Source: an uncultured Candidatus Rokubacteria bacterium (GTDB taxonomy: Bacteria; Methylomirabilota; Methylomirabilia; Rokubacteriales; DASRDR01). Taken from it: 64,000 nt of DNA. Positions 51,195-59,429 of this stretch are shown here, one piece after another (the first letter of the stretch is position 1; the number at the start of each line of letters is the position of its first letter). The stretch is from the NCBI GenBank assembly GCA_963826115.1, contig CAWGVS010000005.1, forward strand, positions 160,001 through 224,000, in the 5' to 3' direction. The notes under the pieces were generated by a model. That model worked only from the letters and a program-made list of their open reading frames with translations, was not told where the DNA came from and searched no databases. The position numbers and the translations under genes were made by a program.

Positions 51195-52529
51195 CTGTTC
51201 GGCACCGTCCTGATTGCGAACCGCGGCGAGATCGCCCTCCGGATCATCCGCGCCTGCCGGAAGGTCGGCGCCCGGCCCGTCGCGGTGTACTCGGAGGCCG
51301 ACGCCGGCGCGCTGCATGTGCGGGCGGCCGACCGCGCGCTCCTGATCGGGCCGGCGCCCGCCCGCGAGAGCTACCTTGCGATCGAGCGCGTCGTCGCCGC
51401 GGCGCGGGAGGCGGGGGCGGACGCTATCCATCCGGGCTATGGCTTCCTGTCGGAGAACTGGCGGTTTGCGGAGGCGTGCCGGAAGGCCGGGCTCGTTTTC
51501 GTGGGGCCGCCGCCCGACGTTCTGCGGACCATGGGCCAGAAGACGGAGGCGCGCCGCCTGGTCGCCCGGGCCGGCGTGTCGGTCCTTCCCGGCTCCGACG
51601 GCCCCGTCGCGAGCGCGGGTGCCGCCCGCGAGGTGGCCGACGCCATCGGGTACCCGGTCATGCTGAAGGCGGCCGCCGGCGGAGGCGGGATCGGTATGGC
51701 GCTGGTCCCCGGCCCGGAGCGTCTCGAGGCGGCGTTCGCGGCCGCCGAGCGGCGAGCGGGGTCCGCGTTCGGGGACGCGGCGGTCTACGTCGAACGGGCC
51801 GTCGAGCGGCCCCGGCACGTCGAGGTGCAGGTCCTGGCGGACGAGCACGGCATGCTCGTCCACCTCTTCGAGCGGGACTGCTCGATCCAGCGCCGGCACC
51901 AGAAGCTGGTCGAGGAGTCACCGGCCCCCGGGCTCGACGCGGGGCTCCGGGCGCGCCTCCACGCGGCGGGCATCCGGGTGGCGGTTACGGCGGGCTACCG
52001 GAACGCCGGCACGGTCGAGTTCCTGGTGGAGGGGGACCACTTCTACTTCCTCGAGATGAACACCCGGCTCCAGGTGGAGCATCCGGTGACGGAGGAGGTC
52101 GTCGGGCGCGATCTCGTGGAGGCGCAGCTCCGGATCGCCGCGGGCGACCGGCTCGGGTGGTCCCAGGCCGACGTGGAGCTCCGGGGTGCGGCGGTCGAGT
52201 GTCGGATCTACGCGGAAGATCCGGACCGGAGCTTCCTGCCGTCGCCCGGCACCGTCACGGCGCTGGAGCTGCCCGAGGGGCCGGGGATCCGTCACGAGTG
52301 CGGCGTGGAGCCGGGCAGCACGGTCACCGTGCACTACGACCCGCTCCTGGCAAAGGTCATCGCCGCCGGCCGGGACCGTGGCGAGGCGCTGGACCGGATG
52401 GCGGATGCCCTGGAGCGCTACCGTGTCGAGGGCGTGAAGACGACCCTCCCGCTCCATCGACGGATCCTGGCGAGCCTGGCGTTCCGGGCTGGCGCGGTGC
52501 ACACCCGATTTCTCGAGGGAGGACTCTAG
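51195..52529 (+). CDS. Biotin carboxylase (AccC-like), probable CTG start
   Basis: LIANRGEIA, HPGYGFLSEN, KAAAGGGG.GM, RDCSIQRRHQK, EMNTRLQVEH. Confidence 0.93.
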   Translation: MFGTVLIANRGEIALRIIRACRKVGARPVAVYSEADAGALHVRAADRALLIGPAPARESYLAIERVVAAAREAGADAIHPGYGFLSENWRFAEACRKAGLVFVGPPPDVLRTMGQKTEARRLVARAGVSVLPGSDGPVASAGAAREVADAIGYPVMLKAAAGGGGIGMALVPGPERLEAAFAAAERRAGSAFGDAAVYVERAVERPRHVEVQVLADEHGMLVHLFERDCSIQRRHQKLVEESPAPGLDAGLRARLHAAGIRVAVTAGYRNAGTVEFLVEGDHFYFLEMNTRLQVEHPVTEEVVGRDLVEAQLRIAAGDRLGWSQADVELRGAAVECRIYAEDPDRSFLPSPGTVTALELPEGPGIRHECGVEPGSTVTVHYDPLLAKVIAAGRDRGEALDRMADALERYRVEGVKTTLPLHRRILASLAFRAGAVHTRFLEGGL

Positions 52530-52533
52530 GACG

Positions 52534-52749
52534 ATGGCAGAGGACGTGCGCGCCCACATCACGGGCGTGGTGTTCCAGATCGTTACCGGTGCCGGCAGCC
52601 GGGTGGCGGCGGGCGACCCGATCCTGATCCTGGAATCGATGAAAATGGAGATCCCCGTGGAGGCGCCGCGCGCGGGGGTGGTGCGAGAGCTGCGAGTGGC
52701 CGAGGGCCAGACCGTCCAGGAGGGTGACGTCGTCGCCACCCTGGACTGA
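52534..52749 (+). CDS. Stand-alone biotin carboxyl carrier domain (71 aa)
   Basis: LESMKMEIP biotinylation motif. Confidence 0.92.
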   Translation: MAEDVRAHITGVVFQIVTGAGSRVAAGDPILILESMKMEIPVEAPRAGVVRELRVAEGQTVQEGDVVATLD

Positions 52750-52788
52750 AAATGAGCCGGCCGGCCAGTCGTGAGACTGGCCGGCCGG
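52749..52788. terminator. Hairpin terminator between convergent genes
   Basis: CCGGCCGGCCAGTC-GTGA-GACTGGCCGGCCGG (14-bp stem); short U-tract on the minus strand. Confidence 0.7.
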
Positions 52789-52820
52789 TAACGGTTCCCG
52801 GGGCCGCGGAGCCGCCCCGC

Positions 52821-54419
52821 CTAGTTCTCGACGAAGCTCCGGAGGCCTCGCCCGCGGAGCGGCGAGCGCAGCTTGCGGAGAGCCTTGGCCTCGATCTGCC
52901 GGATGCGCTCCCGGGTCACGTCGAAGCGCTGGCCGACCTCTTCGAGGGTGTGCTCCCCCTCCTCGCCGATGCCGAACCGGAGGCGGAGGATCTGCGCCTC
53001 CTTCTCGGAGAGCCCGGACAGGGCCCGTTCCACCTGCGCCGTGAGGTCGTCCGACAGGAGCGTCTCGACCGGCGACGGCGTCCGCTTGTCCTCGAGGAAG
53101 TCGCCGAGATCGGAGTCCTCCCCGATCGGCGTCTCGAGCGACAGCGGCTTCTTGCACGACTCCAGGATCAAGCGCACCTTGCGAAGCGGCAGGGCAGCCC
53201 GCTTGGAGAGCTCCTCCGGCGTCGCCTCCCGCCCAAGCTCCTGGAACAGCCCCCGGTTGACCCGCGCGAGCCGGTTCAGGGTCTCGATCATGTGCACCGG
53301 GATCCGGATCGTCCGCGCGTGGTCGGCGATCGCCCGGGTGATCGCCTGGCGGATCCACCACGTCGCGTAGGTCGAGAACTTGAACCCGCGGCGGTACTTG
53401 AACCGGTCGACGGCCTTCATCAGACCGATGTTGCCCTCCTGGATGAGGTCCAGGAGCGGCATGTCGTGGTTCAGGTATCGCTTGGCGATCGACACCACGA
53501 GGCGCAGGTTGGCCTCCATCAGGGCCTTCTTGGCCTGCCGCACCTCGAACTCGCCCGCGTCCAGGTCGCGCATGACCGCGACCGCGCGCTTGACCGGCAG
53601 CCCGATCTCGGTTTCGAGGACGCGCGCCTGCTTGCGGAGCTCGGTCTTCGCGCTCTTGTCGGCGGCGCCCTCGACCTGCTTCTGGAGACCGATCAGCTCG
53701 GTCGCGAGCGCGCGGAGGCGCGCGACCCAGCGGTCGACCACGATCGGCTTGAGGGGAAGGTCCCCGAGCAGGCGCACCCGGTCCTGGTGGTTCTGGGCGA
53801 TCCAGTCCTGGATGCCCTTGATCGTCGACTCCTTGCGGGCCCGGTTCCGGGACGCCTCGAGCTCGCCGAGCTCACGGTCGAGCCGGCGGATCTGGGCGAA
53901 CACGTTCTGGACACGCCGGAGCTCGCTCTCGGTGAGCTCGGTGCCGTCGAGGGCCTCCAGGTACTGGTCGGACTCGACCTCGTGCTTCCGCAGCCGCTCG
54001 GCCAGGTCCATCAGCTGCCGGCGGACCAGGGGGACCGCCATGATCGCCCGGCGGACACGCTCCTGGCCCCGCTCGATCTGCTGTCCGAGCCGGACCTCCT
54101 GCTCGGAGTTCAGCAGCGAGATGCGGCCGATCTCGCGAAGATAGAGGCGGACCGGATCCTCGGGGCTGCTGAGGCTCTCCTCGGTCGGCTCCTCGTCTTC
54201 TTCCGCTCCCCGGTCGTACTCGTCCGGAGCTGCGGTCAGGTTGTCCTCGGTCTCGACCGGGGCTCCGAGATCAAGGCCGTGGAGGACCTCCTCCACCTTT
54301 TCCGCGGGGACCAGTTCCCCGGGAGGCTGGTTCAGCCCCTCCTCCGGCTTGGCCTGTCGGCTCCTGGACACGGCCACCGAGGAGTTGCGCTCGTGCACGC
54401 CTCGCTGAAGCATCGTCAC
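52821..54419 (-). CDS. RpoD-like sigma-70 factor with reduced region 1.1
   Basis: [11 protein letters not shown] (1.2), [59 protein letters not shown]. Confidence 0.93.
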   Translation of the reverse strand: MTMLQRGVHERNSSVAVSRSRQAKPEEGLNQPPGELVPAEKVEEVLHGLDLGAPVETEDNLTAAPDEYDRGAEEDEEPTEESLSSPEDPVRLYLREIGRISLLNSEQEVRLGQQIERGQERVRRAIMAVPLVRRQLMDLAERLRKHEVESDQYLEALDGTELTESELRRVQNVFAQIRRLDRELGELEASRNRARKESTIKGIQDWIAQNHQDRVRLLGDLPLKPIVVDRWVARLRALATELIGLQKQVEGAADKSAKTELRKQARVLETEIGLPVKRAVAVMRDLDAGEFEVRQAKKALMEANLRLVVSIAKRYLNHDMPLLDLIQEGNIGLMKAVDRFKYRRGFKFSTYATWWIRQAITRAIADHARTIRIPVHMIETLNRLARVNRGLFQELGREATPEELSKRAALPLRKVRLILESCKKPLSLETPIGEDSDLGDFLEDKRTPSPVETLLSDDLTAQVERALSGLSEKEAQILRLRFGIGEEGEHTLEEVGQRFDVTRERIRQIEAKALRKLRSPLRGRGLRSFVEN

Positions 54420-54466
54420 CTTCCTCCGATTCCCGCTTGGAACTGCTCTCCCGTCGTGCGCCCACT

Positions 54467-54497
54467 ATGAGACGGACGAGGGGCTCGGAAAGTTTCC
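54467..54497 (-). promoter_or_regulatory. ECF-sigma-type promoter upstream of the RpoD-like gene
   Basis: Minus strand GGAAAC-N17-CGTCTCAT, ~50 bp before the start. Confidence 0.5.
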
Positions 54498-54710
54498 ATG
54501 AGGACGTTTTTTCCGTGTCCTGCCACCCTTGTTCATGGGACGGGCCTCAAGTCACTATGGATTCGAGCAAAAGCTGGCATCTATCGACGGAGTGACCCCT
54601 TGCTGCCGGCCTTGTTGCCGCCTCCGACAGGCATCTTGTGCAAACATTCGGCCGACCAGGCTCCCCCCGGAGGCCGTCGCGGCGCTGTGCTAACATGCCG
54701 CCCGCCTGAC

Positions 54711-55910
54711 ATGCGCGCCGAGATCGTCAGCGTCGGCTCGGAGCTCCTCCTGGGTCAGATCATCGACACCAACGCCGCCTTCATCGCCCGGCAGTTGGCG
54801 GCGCTCGGGCTCGACCTCTTCCACAAGACGACCGTGGGTGACAACCTCGGGCGGGTGGCAGCGGCCCTCGAGACGGCCTTCGGGCGCGCGGAGGTCGTGA
54901 TCACGACGGGGGGGCTCGGCCCGACCGAGGACGACGTCACCCGGGAAGCTGTCGCGCGAGCGACCGGCCGCGAGCTCGAGTTCCACCCCGAGCTTCTCGA
55001 GCAGATCGAAGCCTTCTTCCGGGCACGGGGGCTCCCGCTGTCCCCGTCGAACCGGAAGCAGGCGTTCATCCCGCGCGGGGCGATCCCGCTTCCCAACCCC
55101 GTCGGCACCGCGCCCTGCTTCATTGTCGAGGAGGGGGACCGCACCCTCATCGTCCTCCCGGGGGTGCCGCGGGAGATGGAGTACCTCCTGCGGACCGGCG
55201 CCCTACCGCACGTCCGCGCGCGCTACGGGCTCCAGGCGTCCATCGTGTCGCGGCTGGTCCGCGTCGCCGGGCTCGGCGAGAGTCGCGTGGGCGAACTGCT
55301 CGCGGACCTCATGGCGAAAGGATCGAACCCGACCGTCGGCACGATGGCGCACCCGGGCCAGGTCGACGTCCGCATCGCCGCGAAGGGACCCGACGAGGCG
55401 TCGGCCCGGGTCCTGATCGCGCCGGTCGAGGCGGAGGTCCGGACCCGGCTGGGCGACACCGTGTTCGGAACGGACGGCGACACCCTGGAGGGGGCGGTCG
55501 GCGCGCGGCTCGTCGCCCGGGGCGGGACGCTCGGGCTCGTCGAGATCGGAACCGGTGGCCTCGTGTCGGAGCGGCTCACGAGCGTGTCCGGTATGGGAGG
55601 ACGGCTGGAATCCCTGGTGTCCACTCCGGATGGCGCGCGGAAGCGCCTGGGCGCGGCCTCGGAGTCGGCCGCCGACCTCGCGCGCGCGGTTCGGACGTGG
55701 GCGGGGAGCGACGTCGGCGCCGCCGTCGTCATGGCGGGCGCCGAGGGGGACGGGCCGAATCCCGTCCACCCCACGCGGATCGCGGTCGCGACCGCGGCAG
55801 GTCTCAGCGACGTCCAGCACCGCCCCGGCGGAGACCTGCGCCAGGTCCGGCTCCGGGCGCTCGTGCTGGCGCTCGACGCGCTCCGTCGAGCCCTGGCCGG
55901 CCCGGCCTGA
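54711..55910 (+). CDS. cinA: CinA-family protein (MoCF-like domain plus degenerate PncC domain)
   Basis: VGSELLLGQIIDTNA, TTGGLGPTEDDVT, LPGVPREM; extended -10 TGCTAACAT at 54688-54696. Confidence 0.88.
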   Translation: MRAEIVSVGSELLLGQIIDTNAAFIARQLAALGLDLFHKTTVGDNLGRVAAALETAFGRAEVVITTGGLGPTEDDVTREAVARATGRELEFHPELLEQIEAFFRARGLPLSPSNRKQAFIPRGAIPLPNPVGTAPCFIVEEGDRTLIVLPGVPREMEYLLRTGALPHVRARYGLQASIVSRLVRVAGLGESRVGELLADLMAKGSNPTVGTMAHPGQVDVRIAAKGPDEASARVLIAPVEAEVRTRLGDTVFGTDGDTLEGAVGARLVARGGTLGLVEIGTGGLVSERLTSVSGMGGRLESLVSTPDGARKRLGAASESAADLARAVRTWAGSDVGAAVVMAGAEGDGPNPVHPTRIAVATAAGLSDVQHRPGGDLRQVRLRALVLALDALRRALAGPA

Positions 55911-55926
55911 GCCGGCCTCGGCGCCC

Positions 55927-57201
55927 GTGGCCGGCTCCGTCGGCGTCGAGGAGGCGATCGGGCGCTTGAGGCCCGGCATGCGGGTCCTGCTTCCGCCCGG
56001 GTGCGGGGAGCCGTCGCCGCTGATCGACGAGGTCGTGCGCCAGGCCGAGCGCCTGCGGCCGCTCACGCTCATGGGCGGGCTCCACCTCGGTGGGTACCCG
56101 TTCGCGGCCCCCGAGCACGACGGGCGCCTCCGGTGGGTGACGTTCCACGGCGCGCCCGCCCTCCGCGAGGCCTTCGCGCGGGGCCAGGCGGAGTTCCTGC
56201 CGCTCCGCTACCACGATGCGCCCTGGGCCTTCGGGCCCGCGGGGCCCTGGCAGGCGGACGCCGTCCTCATCCAGACGGCGCCGCCCGACGAGGCCGGACG
56301 GCTGTCCCTCGGCGTTTCCACGAGCTATCCGCTCCCGGTGGCGCGCACGGCGCCGCTCGTGATCGCCGAGGTCAATCACCGGATGCCGCGGACCCTCGGC
56401 GACAGCGCGATCGCCCTCGACCAGGTCGGGGCCTGGGTCGAGACGGACCGCCCGCTCGTGTCCTACGCCTCGCCGGCGATCGGAGAGGTCGAGCGCCGGA
56501 TCGGGGAGCGCGTCGCGGAGCTCGTGCCGGACGGCGCGACCATCCAGGTGGGCATCGGCGCGACGCCGGAGGCGGTCGTCGCGAGCCTCGGCGGCCACCG
56601 GGACCTCGGCGTCCACTCGGCTCTCTTCGAAACGATGCTGCCGCTGCTCGAGCGCGGCGTCATCACGGGGGCGCCGAACCGCCGCCACCCTGGCTGCCTC
56701 GAGCTCGGCGAGATCATGGGCACCGAGCTGCTGTTCCGGTGGGCGCACGAGAATCCCCGCGTGTGGATGGCGCCCTCGACGACGATCCACGATCCGCGGG
56801 CCGTGGCGGGCATCGACCGCTTCGTCTCGATCAATTCGGCGATCGAGATCGACCTCACGGGGCAGGTCAACGCCGAGGCCTTCGGAGAGCGACAGGTGGC
56901 GGGGATCGGGGGCCAGTTCGACTTCGTGGTCGGAGCGGCCCTGGGCGGGGGCCGTTCGGTGATCGCGCTGCCGTCGACGGGACGGGGCGGGAAGGTCTCC
57001 CGCATCGTGGCTCGGCTCGCTCCCGGCACCCCGGTGACGACGCCGCGCTACCTGGTCGACTGCGTCGTGACCGACCACGGGCGCGCCGAGCTCCGCGGGC
57101 TCAGCGACGAACAGCGGGCGCGAGAGCTGATCCGGCTCGCCGACCCGCAGTTCCGCGAGGGTCTCGAGCGGGACTGGCGCGCGCGGGGTCAGGCCTCCTG
57201 A
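55927..57201 (+). CDS. Acetyl-CoA hydrolase/4-hydroxybutyrate CoA-transferase-like protein
   Basis: VIAEVN..MPRT.G, DGATIQVGIG, SINSAIEIDLTGQVNAE, GIGGQFDF. Confidence 0.88.
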   Translation: MAGSVGVEEAIGRLRPGMRVLLPPGCGEPSPLIDEVVRQAERLRPLTLMGGLHLGGYPFAAPEHDGRLRWVTFHGAPALREAFARGQAEFLPLRYHDAPWAFGPAGPWQADAVLIQTAPPDEAGRLSLGVSTSYPLPVARTAPLVIAEVNHRMPRTLGDSAIALDQVGAWVETDRPLVSYASPAIGEVERRIGERVAELVPDGATIQVGIGATPEAVVASLGGHRDLGVHSALFETMLPLLERGVITGAPNRRHPGCLELGEIMGTELLFRWAHENPRVWMAPSTTIHDPRAVAGIDRFVSINSAIEIDLTGQVNAEAFGERQVAGIGGQFDFVVGAALGGGRSVIALPSTGRGGKVSRIVARLAPGTPVTTPRYLVDCVVTDHGRAELRGLSDEQRARELIRLADPQFREGLERDWRARGQAS

Positions 57202-57419
57202 TGCGCCCGGATGCCGGTGAAGACCTCCTCGTTCGTGGGGAAGCGGTACGTCTCGTCCTTCGAGTAGATGCGCTTGCCGTCGACGGTCACGTCAAACACC
57301 CCGCCGTGCCCCCCCTGGAGGCTAGCGGTGATCCCGAACTCCTTCTTGATGGCGGCCTGCAAACTGGAGGCCTGTGGGTAGTAGTCTCATTCCGTGCAGT
57401 AGGTGATCTGGATGTTCAC
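57189..57419 (-). CDS. SelW/Rdx-family selenoprotein (CxxU), 76 aa; absent from the ORF track
   Basis: AAAGGAGG RBS, GTG start; MNIQITYCTE-U(TGA 57387-57389)-DYYPQASSL...GGHGGVFDVTVDGKRIYSKDETYRFPTNEEV. Confidence 0.9.
57354..57372 (-). other. Bacterial SECIS-like hairpin
   Basis: GGCCU-C-CA-GUU-UG-C-AGGCC following a 14-nt spacer after the UGA; apical loop starts with GU. Confidence 0.7.
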
Positions 57420-57456
57420 GTTGATGCCTCCTTTCCGGCTCGTCGAGCCAGGCTCG

Positions 57457-57465
57457 ATGATAGCA
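57457..57465 (-). promoter_or_regulatory. Extended -10 promoter for the selenoprotein gene
   Basis: Minus strand TGCTATCAT, ~40 bp upstream of the GTG. Confidence 0.5.
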
Positions 57466-57532
57466 GAGGCGGTGGTGCGGTGCGTGTCCAGCGAGCGGCT
57501 GGCGACGAGAGGACCCCGCGGGGAGAGATGGC

Positions 57533-58498
57533 GTGGCCACGGTCTGCGTGATCGGAAGCTCGAACCTGGATTTCACGGTGTCGGTGCCGCGGCTTCCCGG
57601 GGTCGGCGAGACCGTGTCGGGCGGCACGCTCGTCACGTCGCCGGGCGGCAAGGGCGCGAACCAGGCGGTGGCCGCTCGGCGGCTCGGCGGCGACGTGATG
57701 TTCGTGACGCTGCTCGGCGCCGACCCGATGGGCGACCGGCTGGCCTCCGCGCTCGCCGAGGCCCGGCTGCCGTCCGGGCCGGTCGAGCGCACGACCGAGG
57801 CGCCCACGGGCGTGGCCCTGATCGCCGTCGACCCCGAAGGGCGCAACCAGATCGCTGTCGCGCCGGGCGCGAACCACCGGCTGACGCCCGAGCTCGCGGG
57901 TCGCCACGTGGACCTGATCGCGCGCGCCACCGTGGTCCTCCTGCAGCTCGAGACGCCCATCGAGACGGTGCGCTGGGCCCTCACCGAGGCGCGGCGTCTC
58001 GGGAAGCGGACGGTGCTCAATCCCGCGCCGGCCCGCGTCCTTCCGCTGCCGGCCGACCTCCTGCCGCTGGTCGACTACCTCACCCCCAACGAGACGGAGG
58101 CGGGGCTCCTCACGGGGCGCCAGGTCGAGAGCCCGGAGGATGCGGAGGCCGCGGGCCGCGCCCTCCGCGACCGCGGCGTGTCGACCGTGGTGGTGACCCT
58201 GGGGGCGGCGGGGTCGGTTGCCGTGGGCCCGACCGGTACGGTCCGCACGCCGGCGTTTCCGATCGAGGCCATCGACACGGTCGGCGCGGGCGACGCGTTC
58301 AGCGGCGCGCTCGCGGCATCGCTGGCGGGCGGGGCGTCCCTGGAGGACGCGCTCCTGGTCGCCAGCGCGACGAGCGGCCTGACGTGCACGCGCCACGGAG
58401 CGGTGGACGCCATGCCCATGCGCGACGAGGTTGCGGCGCTGATCCGGCGACGAGTCGCGGGGACGCGCTCGACGTGGCTGGAATCCTGGATTCGATGA
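57533..58498 (+). CDS. rbsK: Ribokinase (PfkB family)
   Basis: GSSNLD, PGGKGANQAVAA, LLQLE, PNETEA, DTVGAGDAF. Confidence 0.9.
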   Translation: MATVCVIGSSNLDFTVSVPRLPGVGETVSGGTLVTSPGGKGANQAVAARRLGGDVMFVTLLGADPMGDRLASALAEARLPSGPVERTTEAPTGVALIAVDPEGRNQIAVAPGANHRLTPELAGRHVDLIARATVVLLQLETPIETVRWALTEARRLGKRTVLNPAPARVLPLPADLLPLVDYLTPNETEAGLLTGRQVESPEDAEAAGRALRDRGVSTVVVTLGAAGSVAVGPTGTVRTPAFPIEAIDTVGAGDAFSGALAASLAGGASLEDALLVASATSGLTCTRHGAVDAMPMRDEVAALIRRRVAGTRSTWLESWIR

Positions 58499-58524
58499 CG
58501 ACCGACGGGAGTGGAGGACACGGC

Positions 58525-59316
58525 ATGACTGACAAGACCCCGACGATCCTGACGGCATGCGCCGACGGGGTGGCGACGCTGACGCTGAACCGGCCGGAGG
58601 CGCGGAATGCGCTCGACATGACCATGCGCCAGGACCTCGAGGTCGCGCTGACGCGGCTCGACGCGGACCCGGGGGTCCGCGTGCTCGTGGTCCGAGGGGC
58701 GGGGGAGCACTTCAGCGCCGGCGGGGACGTCAAGCTCATGCGGGACAACCCGATGACGGCGGCGGAGGGCCAGTCGCGCGTGGAGGCGATCAACCGCGCC
58801 ATCGTGGCCCTTGCCCGGTTCCGCACGCCCACGATCGCGATGGTCGACGGCGCGGCGGCGGGCGCGGGCTGCAACATCGCGCTGGCCTGCGACCTCGTGG
58901 TGGCCTCGGAGCGGGCGCGCTTCGGCGAGGTCTTCGCTCGGATCGGACTGATCCCCGACGCCGGCGGCACCTACTTCCTGCCGCGGCGGGTCGGTCTCGC
59001 GCGTGCCAAGGAGCTGGTTTTCACCGCCGACATCATCGACGCCCGCGAGGCCGAGCGGATCGGGCTGATCAACCGCGTCGTGCCCACCGAGAACCTCGAG
59101 ACGGAGACGTTCCGGCTGGCGCGCCGGATCGCGGACGGGCCGCCCCGGGTGCTGGCGGCGGCGAAAACGCTCCTGGATCGCTCGCTGACCCTCGACCTCG
59201 AGTCGGCGCTTCACTGGGAGGCGCTGACCCAGGGGGACATGATCGCGAGCCCCGACCACCGCGAGGGGCTCCGGGCGTTCTTCGAGAAGCGGCCCGGACG
59301 GTTCTCGGGCGCCTAG
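58525..59316 (+). CDS. Enoyl-CoA hydratase/isomerase (PaaG-like)
   Basis: GGAGG RBS; LNRPEARNA, FSAGGD, AAGAG..IALACD, GLIPDAGG. Confidence 0.9.
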   Translation: MTDKTPTILTACADGVATLTLNRPEARNALDMTMRQDLEVALTRLDADPGVRVLVVRGAGEHFSAGGDVKLMRDNPMTAAEGQSRVEAINRAIVALARFRTPTIAMVDGAAAGAGCNIALACDLVVASERARFGEVFARIGLIPDAGGTYFLPRRVGLARAKELVFTADIIDAREAERIGLINRVVPTENLETETFRLARRIADGPPRVLAAAKTLLDRSLTLDLESALHWEALTQGDMIASPDHREGLRAFFEKRPGRFSGA

Positions 59317-59340
59317 GGCAAGGTCGGGCCCAAGGTCCTG

Positions 59341-59424
59341 TCGCGAAAGGGATTCCGAATCCTTGACAGCTTTCGAGAGCGGGGAGTAGGCTGGCGGCGT
59401 TTGTAACCCTCCCATCGCGAAAGG
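59341..59424 (+). promoter_or_regulatory. fabH promoter with palindrome and direct repeats
   Basis: TTGACA(59363)-N18-TAGGCT; GGATTC-C-GAATCC abutting the -35; TCGCGAAAGG at 59341 and 59415. Confidence 0.5.
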
Positions 59425-59429
59425 CAGCC

